A stretch of DNA of 40,173 bases from Basidiobolus ranarum (lineage: Eukaryota). A program made the position numbers and the translations under genes. The notes beneath the pieces are model-generated. The model saw only the letters and a list, made by a program, of their open reading frames with translations, ran no database searches and had not been told where the DNA came from. Numbering within the stretch: the first letter of the stretch is position 1; every line of letters begins with the position of its first letter. Location: contig JASJQH010006914.1 of NCBI GenBank assembly GCA_040143965.1, positions 1 to 40,173 on the forward strand, read 5' to 3'. Shown here piece after piece: positions 11,259 through 23,317 of this stretch.

Positions 11259-12164
11259 ATGCTTAGCGCCACTGAAATACTGCCTCTATCAAAGGATGCC
11301 TTTATCCCCGAGAATTCAAGGGACACCATAGAGCGACTCTATGCAATCTATAGTATCCTGGCTAGCGCACCTTTACTTGACCCCAGCCCAGAAATTAACT
11401 CTGCTTTCACTGAATTAGTGGGGATCTGTATCAAAGCTTTACCACGAGAAACCATCCAAGAGATATTGGAAGACGAGCAAATCGTGGCTATTACCAACCA
11501 TTTCCGCCAACTCTGTGCTTCGGGAGAATTTCGTCTGGAGCTGACCTGGGCCACCTATGTCACTAAAAACCCTGAGAGAACCGCGATTGAGTTAATGAAA
11601 TTCCCCTACTATAACAACTATGTAGCGCTAGCGAAGATGGAGCTTAATGCTATCCATTCAGTATTATTCCGGGCCCCCAAAAGAATTGCGTTTTTAGGTT
11701 CAGGTCCGCTCCCATTGACCTCAATATGTCTGGCACGGGAATTGATTAACAAAGGAAACAATCAGTTGAACCCGAGCACTTCTGACTTTACTATCGAAAA
11801 CTACGATATAGATTTGGAAGCCTTGAAAATTAGCAAGTTGTTGACTGAGCAACTCTCAGACGTGCAGGCCCACCTGACCTTTCATCATCAAGATATTAAT
11901 TCGATTCAAGATCTTCGTAAATATGATGTTGTCTATCTTGCTGCCCTTGTCGGATTGGTTGTATCTGAGAAGCGAAAACTCATTCAACAATTATGGAAAA
12001 GCATGTCACCTGGATCTTATTTGGTCCTTCGCAGTGCTCACAGTCTTAGAAAGATATTGTACCCAGAGGTTGAGACGGAGATGTTACAAGGTTTTGAGCC
12101 AGTACTTGTTGTGCACCCTTACAATGAGGTAGTGAATTCGATTGTTATCGCAAAACGCCTGTAG
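11259..12164 (+). CDS. NAS: Nicotianamine synthase (SAM-dependent aminobutyryl transferase), single exon, 301 aa
   Basis: NAS family motifs: FPYYNNYVALAKME, IAFLGSGPLPLTS, NYDID, YDVVYLAALVG, PGSYLVLRSAHSLRKILYP and VHPYNEVVNSIVIA. Confidence 0.95.
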   Translation: MLSATEILPLSKDAFIPENSRDTIERLYAIYSILASAPLLDPSPEINSAFTELVGICIKALPRETIQEILEDEQIVAITNHFRQLCASGEFRLELTWATYVTKNPERTAIELMKFPYYNNYVALAKMELNAIHSVLFRAPKRIAFLGSGPLPLTSICLARELINKGNNQLNPSTSDFTIENYDIDLEALKISKLLTEQLSDVQAHLTFHHQDINSIQDLRKYDVVYLAALVGLVVSEKRKLIQQLWKSMSPGSYLVLRSAHSLRKILYPEVETEMLQGFEPVLVVHPYNEVVNSIVIAKRL

Positions 12165-13378
12165 TTTGTTTGAAATTCCCATGTAACATATGGAGAGTAT
12201 TACTTTGTTTATGTCCCTTTCATAAAGTTACACTTTTTGAAACAAATCAAATGCAGTATGTATCAGCAACGGACTGAATTTAATTACCGTTACCGTGATT
12301 AGAGAATCTAAAATACCCATAATTGATCTACCGTTTCTATATTCCGAACTAGAAACTGTACATTCTATTCTGGATTAGAGAGCAATGGAATACTTCTAAG
12401 CGAATAGAAGCTTACATAATAAGGCTTTCTCAAATAGATGTATTTACTTACTCTTAGTAGCTACTGTAGAAGAATCATTCATATAGCTATTCCATATTGA
12501 GAATCTCTTTAGTATCTTCTTTAGGAGAAACTCAGCTGCTCATTTCTTTTTAATCAAATACATCTATAACTACAGTACTGACGGGGAGTTTATTTATTCT
12601 AAATGTGCTAATAGCATCCATTAATCTTTTGGCACCTTCAATCTCAAAATATGGCATCTTCACCAGACCAGCGCGTAGAGAAACAGCACGAATAGAGGAT
12701 AGAGCATGCTTAGTAGATATTTAGTGTACGTATCGTCATCTCATCTAGTCATGAGAAGCTCAGATAGCTATCTTATTAAAAGTGGATCAATTGCTACAAG
12801 AACTTCTAATACTAGAACCACCAATAAATACTTATGATATCTACTAACCCATGAACCATGGAATCAGATAAGCTTAGCTAACTCTTCCGAACACCAATTG
12901 TCACTTTATGTAGAATTTACGCCTGAGACCCAGAATCCATACATAGATGCAAACAGACAGAACACAACAGAAAAATGAACGTAGATCAGTTATCGTACAA
13001 ACAGAAACTCACTAGCGGTCGTTGGTCAACAAAAGAGACAACTATATTAGTTCTGATCCCTCAACCCAATAAAATTCCATTTGGGTCTGTTGCTGGCTTG
13101 TGACTAGTGACTTTATATTAATTTTCTCAAGATCTGGTTCCGAGTATGATCGGTGCGAATCCTGTTATAGTAACTAGGATGACTGACCATATATCTAATT
13201 GAGTGGTTGTGGCGCAAAAGCTTATCATACATTAGATGTTAGTTATGCAATCGAAGGCTGACTACGAATAGAGGTTATATATTTATATTTGGATTCGAAG
13301 TAGGTTTAGGTAATCCCACAATCAAATGAAAGAGGCTAACATGGAGATAAAAATACAAAGCAGGAATGGTTAAGTCAA

Positions 13379-13846
13379 CTAGTCAAAGGTGCTGATGCTA
13401 CTCTGTGAAGCTAAAGAGTAGTCAGAATTTACATTATCACCACATTGCCTGTAACGTAGAGATTTAGCAAATGAAACAAAATCGTCTCGGATAATGCTGC
13501 TTGCAGTGGAGCTTATCATACTAACTGCATCAGTATCCGAGTCTGATGTAGAGTCACTAGCGGAAGTGAGATCAGGGACTCTTAGAGTCTCTTCTAAGCT
13601 AAATTCACCTAAATCGTAGTCATCAAAAAGCTCGTCCATCAGACTACCATGCATGGACCTCGAGCCTTTACGATAAGCTAGGTGCTTTGATAGAGTATCT
13701 ATTTCATGAATGGTTAGTTGTCGGTTTTTCATGGGTTCTTTTAGGTGCATGTTGGTGGTCTCTTCTTTAAACATGTCTTTTAGACATTCTTTAATGACTC
13801 GGTTGTCTTTACGCTGAAACAGATGAAAGCGGAGGGAAACAGACAT
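13379..13846 (-). CDS. Hypothetical 155-aa protein with an acidic/Ser-rich C-terminal half
   Basis: ATG-initiated ORF with protein-like composition. Upstream TATAAAAG (minus strand, ~13962-13969) and a possible 5'UTR intron (~13882-13931). No recognised family. Confidence 0.6.
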   Translation of the reverse strand: MSVSLRFHLFQRKDNRVIKECLKDMFKEETTNMHLKEPMKNRQLTIHEIDTLSKHLAYRKGSRSMHGSLMDELFDDYDLGEFSLEETLRVPDLTSASDSTSDSDTDAVSMISSTASSIIRDDFVSFAKSLRYRQCGDNVNSDYSLASQSSISTFD

Positions 13847-15324
13847 GATAGAAGCAGATTTGCCAATGTTGCAGAAGGAAACTAGATCAAGACTTGCCGT
13901 ACAACTAAATAGAGAATAAGGAAAAGCTCACCACTGAGATACAAAATCAATGCGGCACTGACTTTTATACTCAAGTGCTTGTACAAAAGCGTACCTATGC
14001 CGAGCATGGAAGTAAAAAAACCCCATATGACCTGAATAAAGCCCTATCGAATTCAATATAATAACGCCTCATTTATTATCTTCATTCATCATCTTGAATT
14101 AATAATTTTTAATGAGTGGATCGATTTACATTGTCGATTTATTCAACAGAATTACGTAGTAAATTTTGTACCCTCCATGCCAAATCCGAAGCCCAAATCT
14201 CGACAATTTATGATAATATAATCCCGGAGTCGGTGCTTGAAATTTACCAGGTTTGTTGCACCATCCTCCTAAGCCGTAATCACTAAAGAAACTTTTTCTT
14301 TGCGCTCGTTTCCCCCTTATTTTGAGCAGCCAACAGAAAGCTTTTAATAGGTAACTAGCTAGATGAATACGACATGGCCACTCTAATTATGCTTGTAAAT
14401 CATATGGTAAACTTCTAACGAGTTGTTGTTTGAGACGGCAATGGTAAAGCCTACTTGATGGAAATCAACATCTGATTCTAGTGATCGCAAGATGCGGGCA
14501 ATTCCTTCATTGTGTTAACTTTTTTCACCATTGAAATCAATTCTATTTCAAAGATATTGAGTCGGAAGTAGTTGTAAGCATTTTTTCGAAGCTTCATTGA
14601 ATGAATAACCGAATGTGCAAAGTTAGTGAAACCTCTCATCGTGCCATCTGAGCCTTGTACACTACTCGATCTCAAACCTTAGGAACCGAACGATAGACCA
14701 TCTATTTGGGATAGACGGAGGTGTAAAATCAAAACTAACACTTGGTACTACATCATATATGTAGCCCATAAAAGCAGGTTTTCCTTGGCATTGTCTCCTC
14801 AACTTTATTGAAAAGAACTATAGAAGCATTGCTACACATTGGCGGAGTACTATTTTCTGTGAATTCTATCTGGAAAAGCAAAAGTAATCTTTATTGCAAC
14901 AGATCAATGAGAAAGCACTACCAACGTATCATCTAGCGTGTGATTGGGCGCACAATACCAATGTCTTATGTGTGTATACTCGAAAATATAGAAACTTGAT
15001 TTCAAAATCCACAGATTAGAACCGAATAGCTATTAATTCAATGGGGGAATTCTATCTAGTTCAATGCAGATTCAAATGGAATTTTGGACGAAATAAATAA
15101 TAATAAATATATACCGAGAATCATATAATAAATAAAATATCCTATTTTCCTTTTTGGTTACCCGCTTTGTAAGTCTGATCCCATTCGAAATGAAATTGGG
15201 AATGATCTCTGGCTTGGACGCGTATATTGGGTTCCTTTGAAAGCATGTCCATTCGAACGTTTCTTACATGTTAACTTTCAGTTATTTTCTTTTACGACTT
15301 GAGTGTTAGAAAGTTGACAGAAAC

Positions 15325-16617
15325 ATGCGAGTTCAAGTTTGTTCGAAATGCAAGCAACCTAGAAAGGGTCATATATGTCCTTTATGGAATGAATCTTCAG
15401 TGAGTTCAAAAATAAATTCTTCAGAAGATAGTATGAGGTGGGTGTAAATTTTCAGTCAAGAATTTAGTAGCGATTGATGACCATAAAAGAAATTTTCTTA
15501 TTTTTCCAAGTATCAATACATCTCTTCTATCTTGCTTTGTTCAAAGTAAAACGAAAAGAGAATATTCTAAATTATGATATATATCAGTCAGAGTCCACAA
15601 GTTCTCCCCAGTCCACCTCCAATAGCCCACCAACCTCAATCTAGATCTACTGAGTACGTATACCCGAACGGTGTTGCTGTTTTGAATCTCATAACCTCTG
15701 ATACTTAAGCTGACCCAATGTTCATTTTAAGTACACAGATTGTTTACGAAGAAACCACCAGAAGGCCCTCAATTCACTCTGCTTTCGAAGAAGGTACAAT
15801 CGTCAAAAGAACCTTTAATGGGCTGCTTATAGCTTCAAGAGAAATTAATGTCTTTTTTAGTAAAACAAGCCAGTCCGATCCACACAACCCACTGTGTGAA
15901 CCCAGTCGCTCAAAACAACATGCAACAACTGTTAAATGGGTATTATTCTTTTCTTTCAAACAACGTCATTATTCTGCATATGCTGTCCCAGTTTTACTCT
16001 CAAGCAGTATACGAAACACATAGATATCACGTGATCGAATGCTAACATCAATACTATATATACAGGCCAACTTCTGGTCCTCAAGTGATCGAGTATTCAG
16101 GTGTTAGAGGTAGTTTACTAAAGAAATACACTGTCCAATGAATATGGTACAAAAATTGATCAGCAAAGTTGTTTACAAGAAATTGCCTCTATATAGAAAA
16201 CCCCCATGAAAAGAAAATGAAGGATTACGAAGAAATGTCAGAGACACTAATGCAAAGAGTAAGAAGCATTATACACTTCAATCATAATACTCCATGCTTA
16301 TATTTAATCACAATCAGGCGGCGCAAACTTACAAGGAGGATCGAGCGCAGATCATTTTGTATGTTACTAGTATGGATCCATATCAGAACGCAGTTAAAAG
16401 ATTTGTGAGTGAACCATTGAAGGCCGAGACGAGCTCTTTTCAAATGATGGATCGTAGTGCACTGGAGTTGATCGAAACCTGCAAGAGCTGCTTGACAGCT
16501 TCTCGCGAAGAATTGTTGGAAATTCTGAATGAAAGAAGTCGAGAGTTGGCAGAATCCAGAAAGGAGGTTGATCAATTAAAGCTAGAAATGTCTAAGCTGC
16601 CCTCATTTCTTCATTAA
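15325..16617 (+). CDS. Multi-exon hypothetical protein with N-terminal CxxC-x5-H-x-C Zn-knuckle-like motif and C-terminal coiled coil
   Basis: Exon 1 encodes MRVQVCSKCKQPRKGHICPLWNE. A phase-consistent GT-AG chain of about 8 exons joins SQSPQVLPSPPP, DTQIVYEETTRR, ASREINVFF...VKW, FYSQAVYETHRYH, ANFWSSSDRVF, RNCLYIENPHE...MQR and AAQTYKEDRAQ...KLPSFLH*. Confidence 0.65.
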
Positions 16618-17650
16618 TTCTTGATATTCACTGATGCTCCATCCCTATTCTACTCATTCGTTCGAAAACATAGCTTATCTTTAGATCACGGACCCCTTTT
16701 CAGATCAACGAAGTCTGCACTATAATGGGTTAATTTCCTTCCATTTTTGTTTATTTTATGCTACTATTTTAATCATTCACGTTTAACTTTTACTGCCTTT
16801 ATATTATAAAAGCCATCAATTATTATTGTCACAAGTGTGAGACAATGTCTATTTGGACTAATTGCTTAATTGGACAAATCATGACACCATGCCTTGCATC
16901 CCCCACCCCTCGTTCTCCAAATTGCAATCAAGAGAATGATCACTCCAACATGTCGCAGCACTCTCTAGGTCACATCAATGGTCCGATCAGAGACAACAGC
17001 AGAAACAATGGCATATTCGTAGCACTCAAATGAAATGACTCTTGGGCCTTATCCACCCTCAGCAGCATTACCCTCGTTATCTAGCTTACGTTGTATGACC
17101 CTTGCTAATGTTGTTTTTATGGTGCGCTGTAACGACTTATTCAAATTCAAATCACTGCACTTTCTTGGTGTCATCTTTCACATAAATTGATCCAAGTTCC
17201 TTGGTTTGATTGTATGCTGCTAGATCGATGCTGATATACAGCGCTATAGGATAGGCGAATCTCAATATGTTTATAAAATACCAATCTATACGATTCTCAA
17301 AGTATTCCTCTCTAAAATAGCGATATATTAATTGGCTGAATGGTTAGAAGTGATCGATTATAATAAATATCATTTTTAATCAACCGTCACTTAAGACAGT
17401 GATTCTTTCCCCCCACAAGCTTTACCTCACTCAACAGTTACTTTACCCACCTACTCAGGAATACTTAATCCTGTTACCGAGAAGGATTATATAGTGGATA
17501 CTTCCTTATATACGCCAACCTTTAGCAAAAATAGTCCTCGTTTTTCTTTACATGTTGAAAGCGCACTCAACGTCTCAGTATAGGAATAAGATCTAAATTA
17601 GAGTGAACCACTTGAAGTACAGAGCATATAAATAACCGAAATCCCCAAAT

Positions 17651-20428
17651 ATGAATAATCCCTTCAACAACCTTACTCAAGAAGACATAGACTATGTAAA
17701 TTATATGGATTCCACTAACTCCCATCCACAATACATCCCCTCCACTGTTTCCCTTAATTCAGGTGAACTCAATTCCGAAGCACAAACGAATAACAATATG
17801 AGGGAGTCAAACTATGATTTTACAAGCATAAACTAGTAAGCAAGATATACATTCACTTTTTTTGGTTTATTCTTAGTGTATATATAACTATTACCTATGA
17901 CCATATATGGGACTTCCATTGACGGCTTTTTATCTTTCTTAGTAATGGGGGTTCTAATGGGGAAACCTCTATGTCAAATATCAAACCAAATGATACAGAC
18001 GAGATTTCTACTGGCCCTTACATACCAACCTCGCAACTTTTCCACTCCATGCTAAACGATATGGGCTCCTCAAGTAGCTCTCAATACAATCGTCCGTCAC
18101 AGTTTAGTAGCTACTCTACTCCGCTCAATATGAATCTAGATGAAGTTAACTCCGATCCTTCGAAACGTTAGTTGTAATGTGATACTTTAACCTAACGATT
18201 ATGCGTAACTAACACTGAAATCTTCAACTTAGTGGCCAATACTACACTGAGTCATTTTCCTGGGTTATATTCTAATTCAGGATTCGACATGCTGAGTGTT
18301 TTGGTGAGTGTTTAGAATATGATATATACATGAGTATTTTCACCCTGCTAGATAAAAATAGTACTTCTTTTCCAACTGAATTTCTTTAATATACGAGTAG
18401 AACTTTTTCAATTCAACTTTACATCGATTAACATCTATTTTTTTACGTTATGTTGATCTAGGCCAAAGTCGCAAATCGGTTCGTATTATTCATATTCTTT
18501 TTGTAAGTTAATGGCATATTTCAGATGTTTACCTATCAAATCTTGTATTGACGTAGACCTAATCCACAAATCAATCTTGGGCCTGTAGATATGAGCTGCT
18601 CTTTTGTAGTTGGTAAATCAAATCTAACATCTATCTGAATCGGTTCATTCTATCAAATGCCTAATTCTCGCAATGCTATTTTACTAGTGGATGCTCGTCA
18701 GTTCGACTTCCCCATGGTATACGCCAGTCAATCATTTGAAAATCTGACGGGATATTCTGATGTAGAGGTGATTGGTAAAAACTGCCGGTTTCTACAATCT
18801 CCAGATGGACAAGTAACTCTGGGATCTCGGAGACGCTACACTGACAATAATTCGGTCCATAATCTTAAAAAGCACGTGCTTCAAGGAAAAGAAATACAAG
18901 TTTCGCTAGTAAACTACAAAAAAGGCGGACAGGTAACGTTTATCTGCTTGATGATTGATGGTACATTATTCTAATCTACTATTTGTAGCCATTTGTGAAT
19001 CTACTTACCATCATACCTATCGCTTACGGAAATGGTGATGAAGTAACACACTTTGTTGGATTTCAAGTGGTAAGTACAAATCTTCCACAATACCTAGGTA
19101 GAGTTATTAATGGATACATTTACCATCCCGTAGAATCTTATCGATCAGCCCAACAATATTCTACAAAAGATGCAAGGTAAGCTGTTAATGAAAATGAACT
19201 AGCACGGAATCAATTGGTAACCTGGCTTATTTATATAAAAGATGGTACATATATGGTGAACTACAGCGCACAGCCTATGCTTCATTCTGGTAAAATATAT
19301 ACACATCATTACGTAAATATCACATTCCTTCAAGCATACTGAGCCTCTTCTCTCTTGCGTACGCTAGGTATATTTCAGAGATCATTAGATGAACAGTTCT
19401 CCTCTACACCTATATCTTCCGATTTCTCTGCCACTCCCGAAGTATACGAGCTAATGGAAACTGGTGAACACACTGATCAAGAAGCCATGCTTCGACAATG
19501 GAATCAGATGCTCTTGGAACACTCCGATGACTTTATACACGTTCTATCACTAAAAGGGCTATTCCTTTATTGCTCACCCAGTTGCAAAAAACTTCTAGGA
19601 TATGAGCCAGAAGAATTGATTGGGCGTAATATCTCGATGCTATGTGAGCCTAGCGACTTAATACCATTAATGAGAGAATTGCGAGAAGCAGTAAAGACCC
19701 AGGAGGACCTAGATCCACTCTGTTTCTTGTACCGAATAAAAAACAAACACTCGGGTTATTTTTGGTTCGAGGTTCAGGGTAGGCTATACTCCGAGAAAGA
19801 CAAAGTAAGGAAATGCATTGTCCTCACTGGTAGACCTAGGCCAATTTACAAATTGTCCATGGAAGCACTTCAGTCCTGCGGTGGTTTGTCTACGCGAGAA
19901 TTTTGGTCCAAATTGACTTTGGATGGAATGTACCTTTATGTGACAAATAATTCGAAAAATATTCTTGAACTGGCGCCTGAAGAGTTAATAGGAACCTCGC
20001 TATATCAGATGATTCGATTCGACAGAGCTACTGCATTGACTAAAACGCTTCAACAAGTAGCAGATGGAACTACCGTAAAGCTGAAGCATCGAATGCTCAA
20101 TAAAAATGGACATTCCGTCAATATCATTAGTACATTTTATCCGGGAGACGCTACGGAAGGGAAACCTGCAACGTTTATATTGTGCCAATCTAAGGAAGTG
20201 CTGGACAATGAGGAATCTTTAGATGGAATCAGCACCACCTCGTCGGCACCCTCACCTCAAACCAACCAAAAATCTACGAGTATAGACAACCTTTTCAGCA
20301 CACTTGATGCAGGTGGTAATACCACATGGCAATATGAGCTTCATCGACTTCGTATTGCAAACCAGCGACTAAAGGATGAATTACAAAATTTAATTAGCCG
20401 TAGAAGAGGAAGGGAATTATCAGTTTGA
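17651..20428 (+). CDS. wc-1: White Collar-1-type blue-light photoreceptor (LOV + PAS-B + PAS-C), about 10 exons, no visible GATA finger
   Basis: Spliced sequence YSNSGFDMLSVL-AKVANR-PNPQINLGPVDMSCSFVVVD...GKNCRFLQSPDG (LOV with photoactive Cys), VNYKKGGQPFVNLLTIIPI and FVGFQV. PAS segments DDFIHVLSLKGLFLYCSPS and EFWSKLTLDGMYLYV. Ends TWQYELHRLRIANQRLKDEL...ELSV*. Confidence 0.93.
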
Positions 20429-21307
20429 TGAATACTGTATACATATGTATATGTTCTATTCTCAGTAGCACTTTCTATCCATCTCGTAGCAATTTTCTGA
20501 AAGATAGGGTTATTTTTCTTACAACTTAATTATCTCTAGAAGACATCGAAACCGAATACATATTCCCACTTTTCAACCTTTTTTTTAAATATTCCTATCT
20601 CTTTCACTATTTTTTTCAGAAAGCATTACGAATTTCTTGTATTTCTCATTCTTATTTTCCTATCGTCTTGTCACATTACTCGTCACAAACTCCTTTGACC
20701 TTATCCTTTTCAATGAAAGATTCTCGAAACTTTTGGTCTAGTTTAATATTGTTTAAGGTATCGAATGTGTATTTGTTCCATCTATCCTACCCTTACTCTG
20801 CGCTACTCCCACACCTATCGCTTCTATTTTACTCGTTAGTTTCATTTTGAATTGTGCATGTACATTGACAGAATTTTTACTCGTTTATAATTCACTTACA
20901 TCATCATACAATGAACATTCACTTTACACATTCGGTGAATAAAATGTATCGACTGTTCATATTGTACATTGTATTGACAATTCCGAAATTTACTCGGTTA
21001 TGACTCTATCGAAACTCTTAATGGGTTTCAGACTGATTTATCCCTGAATTCTCACTTGTTTCAAGCATATACTAAGAATTGATGGATTGAGGATTCATTG
21101 AAATACTTTTATTAACATGAAGAATGGTGGAGGGCGGTAGGTAGCGGGCAGTGGGTGGTAGGTTGTGGGAGAAGGGAATAAGAAAAATACATGATTCAAT
21201 TTTAAAAATAAATTATTAATTCAACAAAAACTGCAAATAAACCCTGATATAATATCAAATCATTCCCACATTAAGCATGACACACACTTAGCTAACTTCA
21301 CTCATCC

Positions 21308-22006
21308 CTAAGAGTCGGTTTCCATAGATTGTGATTCATTATTTGCTTCCCGAGTAGTCATATACGCCTCTAATTCATCGTCTAAACGAGTTTTCGCGGT
21401 TTTATCATCTTTCATCATGAAGCTATCTAATTCTTTGTCAAGATCATCCTTGGATTTGGGTCCTGATTTACCATTTGCTCGTCCACCACGTCCTCCGCGA
21501 TGACTACCACGTCCCCCACGACCAGATCTACCTCCTCTACCGTTACCACGAGGTTGTGTTTGGTTTCCAGCTGCCCCACGAACAGTGATACCTCCGTTGG
21601 GATTAGCACGACCTTTTGGAGCAGGAGCAGCTTTCTTGGTGACTCCACCCCCAACGCGACTCAGAATACCACCAGTGGGTTTCTTGGTATTACCAAGCCT
21701 TTGTTGAATATTTTGATGGCCAGTGGCAGTAACCGGTGTTCCAACTCTACCAGAAAGTTTGACATTGAAACTAGGTCCATTCGAAGTACCAATTTTCTCC
21801 ATTTTACGGGCCTCTGCGATCTTGGAAAATCTAATCAATATGAAATTGGTTAATCACTTCGGTATTAAACATGAAGAATTCCTATCATCACTACAATACC
21901 TATCAGAGAGAGATGTTCCAGAGGAAGCGGGGGTATTTGCGGTAGCAACCACACGACGGTTAACGGTATTAACGTTTCCTTTTCTATTGTTAGGATGTCC
22001 ACGCAT
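21308..22006 (-). CDS. CHTOP/FOP (Friend of PRMT1)-like RGG protein, mRNA export (TREX) associated; 2 coding exons
   Basis: Exons ~22006-21900 and ~21830-21308. N-terminal SLSDRFSKI resembles CHTOP SLNERF. Has an RGG box and the C-terminal duplicated motif DLDKELDSFM...RLDDELEAYM. Confidence 0.8.
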
Positions 22007-23278
22007 TTTTGGTATTGACCTTAAAATAAAAGATTCTAATTTCGGAAGAGGGTGTATGAGCAAGAGATAAAGAAAAGGTGAATAGATAGATTTTCTTGCT
22101 GTCAAAAATGGATTCCTCTTCAAGAAGCTCCGAATCAACTCTCAATTAATACCCATGAACATAATTCGTCTCTTCATTAAATATCTCTTTGAAAAGTCGT
22201 AAGGCGAGCAACTAGTTGAAGGTCTGAACCGATTCAACCCAACTTCAGTAAACTTGAGCAATGAGTGCCATAAACCATTCACCCATATTATCAGCATATA
22301 AATTGGCGTATTCACACTTTTGCTAGATTGAAAAATCCTTGATCTATTCGATAGATCAGCAAGAAAAGTGTGAAGTACCTATGATAGGGCCTATATTAGC
22401 GTAACATGCATCAAGAAACACTAAAATGCGTGGGGTTCACGCTTTAGTTCCATTTGTGAGTGGGGTCAAGGTATCAAAACGTTCGCTACCGCAAGAAACG
22501 CCAAATATGACAAAGTTAGAGTTGGCTCAGAATCCCTTTGTCTATCAAGTAACTTGATTTAGAAAAGGCTCCGTGTTCCCTCTATCCTCAAGATCCCCAC
22601 TTCGACACAACAACAAAGCGCTCAAAAGCCTTAATACTATCCATTATATATAATAATATAGCAGACAGAACATATACTGAGCCAAAGGAATTGAAAGTAC
22701 TTATGGGTCTTGTGAGTTAAGTCCCAAAGATGATACGGAGATCAAGAGAAAACCCATTTGAGCAAGAAAATAGGGTATAGAAGGACCAAGTACCTTATAT
22801 ATGCTGAGTGTCGAAGAAGATAAGCTATTTGCTTAGAAGTGTTGTTTGAATAACGTGTGCTTTAGTGTTTCCGAGTGGGATTTTCAGGAAAACCGTTAGT
22901 CAGGATTCTTGTTGCTTACGAGGGAAAATAACTAGACGGAAAGAAGGAGCTTGTCTTTCGTGAATTGAAAGTGATTTTTTTTAACCACTCTGCCTCTAAG
23001 GTTGTAACCAATTGATGACTCATCCCTGACCCCCCGTTGGCCAATCAAATGACGCTTACTCCTAAGTAAAAATCAGATGAGCTTGTGAATAAATTAGACA
23101 TACTTTGTTTCAGACTTGGAAAATCCAGTATAATAGTGATTCTGATACTGATTACGCAAATTTGAATGAGGGGAGCATATATTGCATCAATGCATCTTTG
23201 TGATGTGTTGTTTGTCATTTTAAAATTGACGCGTCTACTTGCTGCGGCCACTCCATCACATATTGGGAGTTCAGCAGG

Positions 23279-23317
23279 AACCCTAACCCTAGCCCTGGCC
23301 CTGGCCCCAGCCCTAAC
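23279..23317. repeat. Degenerate telomere-like hexamer array (CCCTAA/CCCTAG/CCCTGG), G-quadruplex-capable on the minus strand
   Basis: AACCCTAACCCTAGCCCTGGCCCTGGCCCCAGCCCTAAC. Further TAGGGTTAGG runs at ~23831, ~23937, 27421 and 37591. Confidence 0.6.

Noticed and set aside
1-12164. Larger metal/oxidative-stress cluster including the catalase
   Set aside because: The catalase is ~9 kb away across a repeat zone, and there is no evidence of linkage beyond proximity.
20668-20850. 60-aa ORF as a missing wc-1 zinc-finger exon
   Set aside because: It contains no Cys and is low-complexity T-rich 3' sequence.
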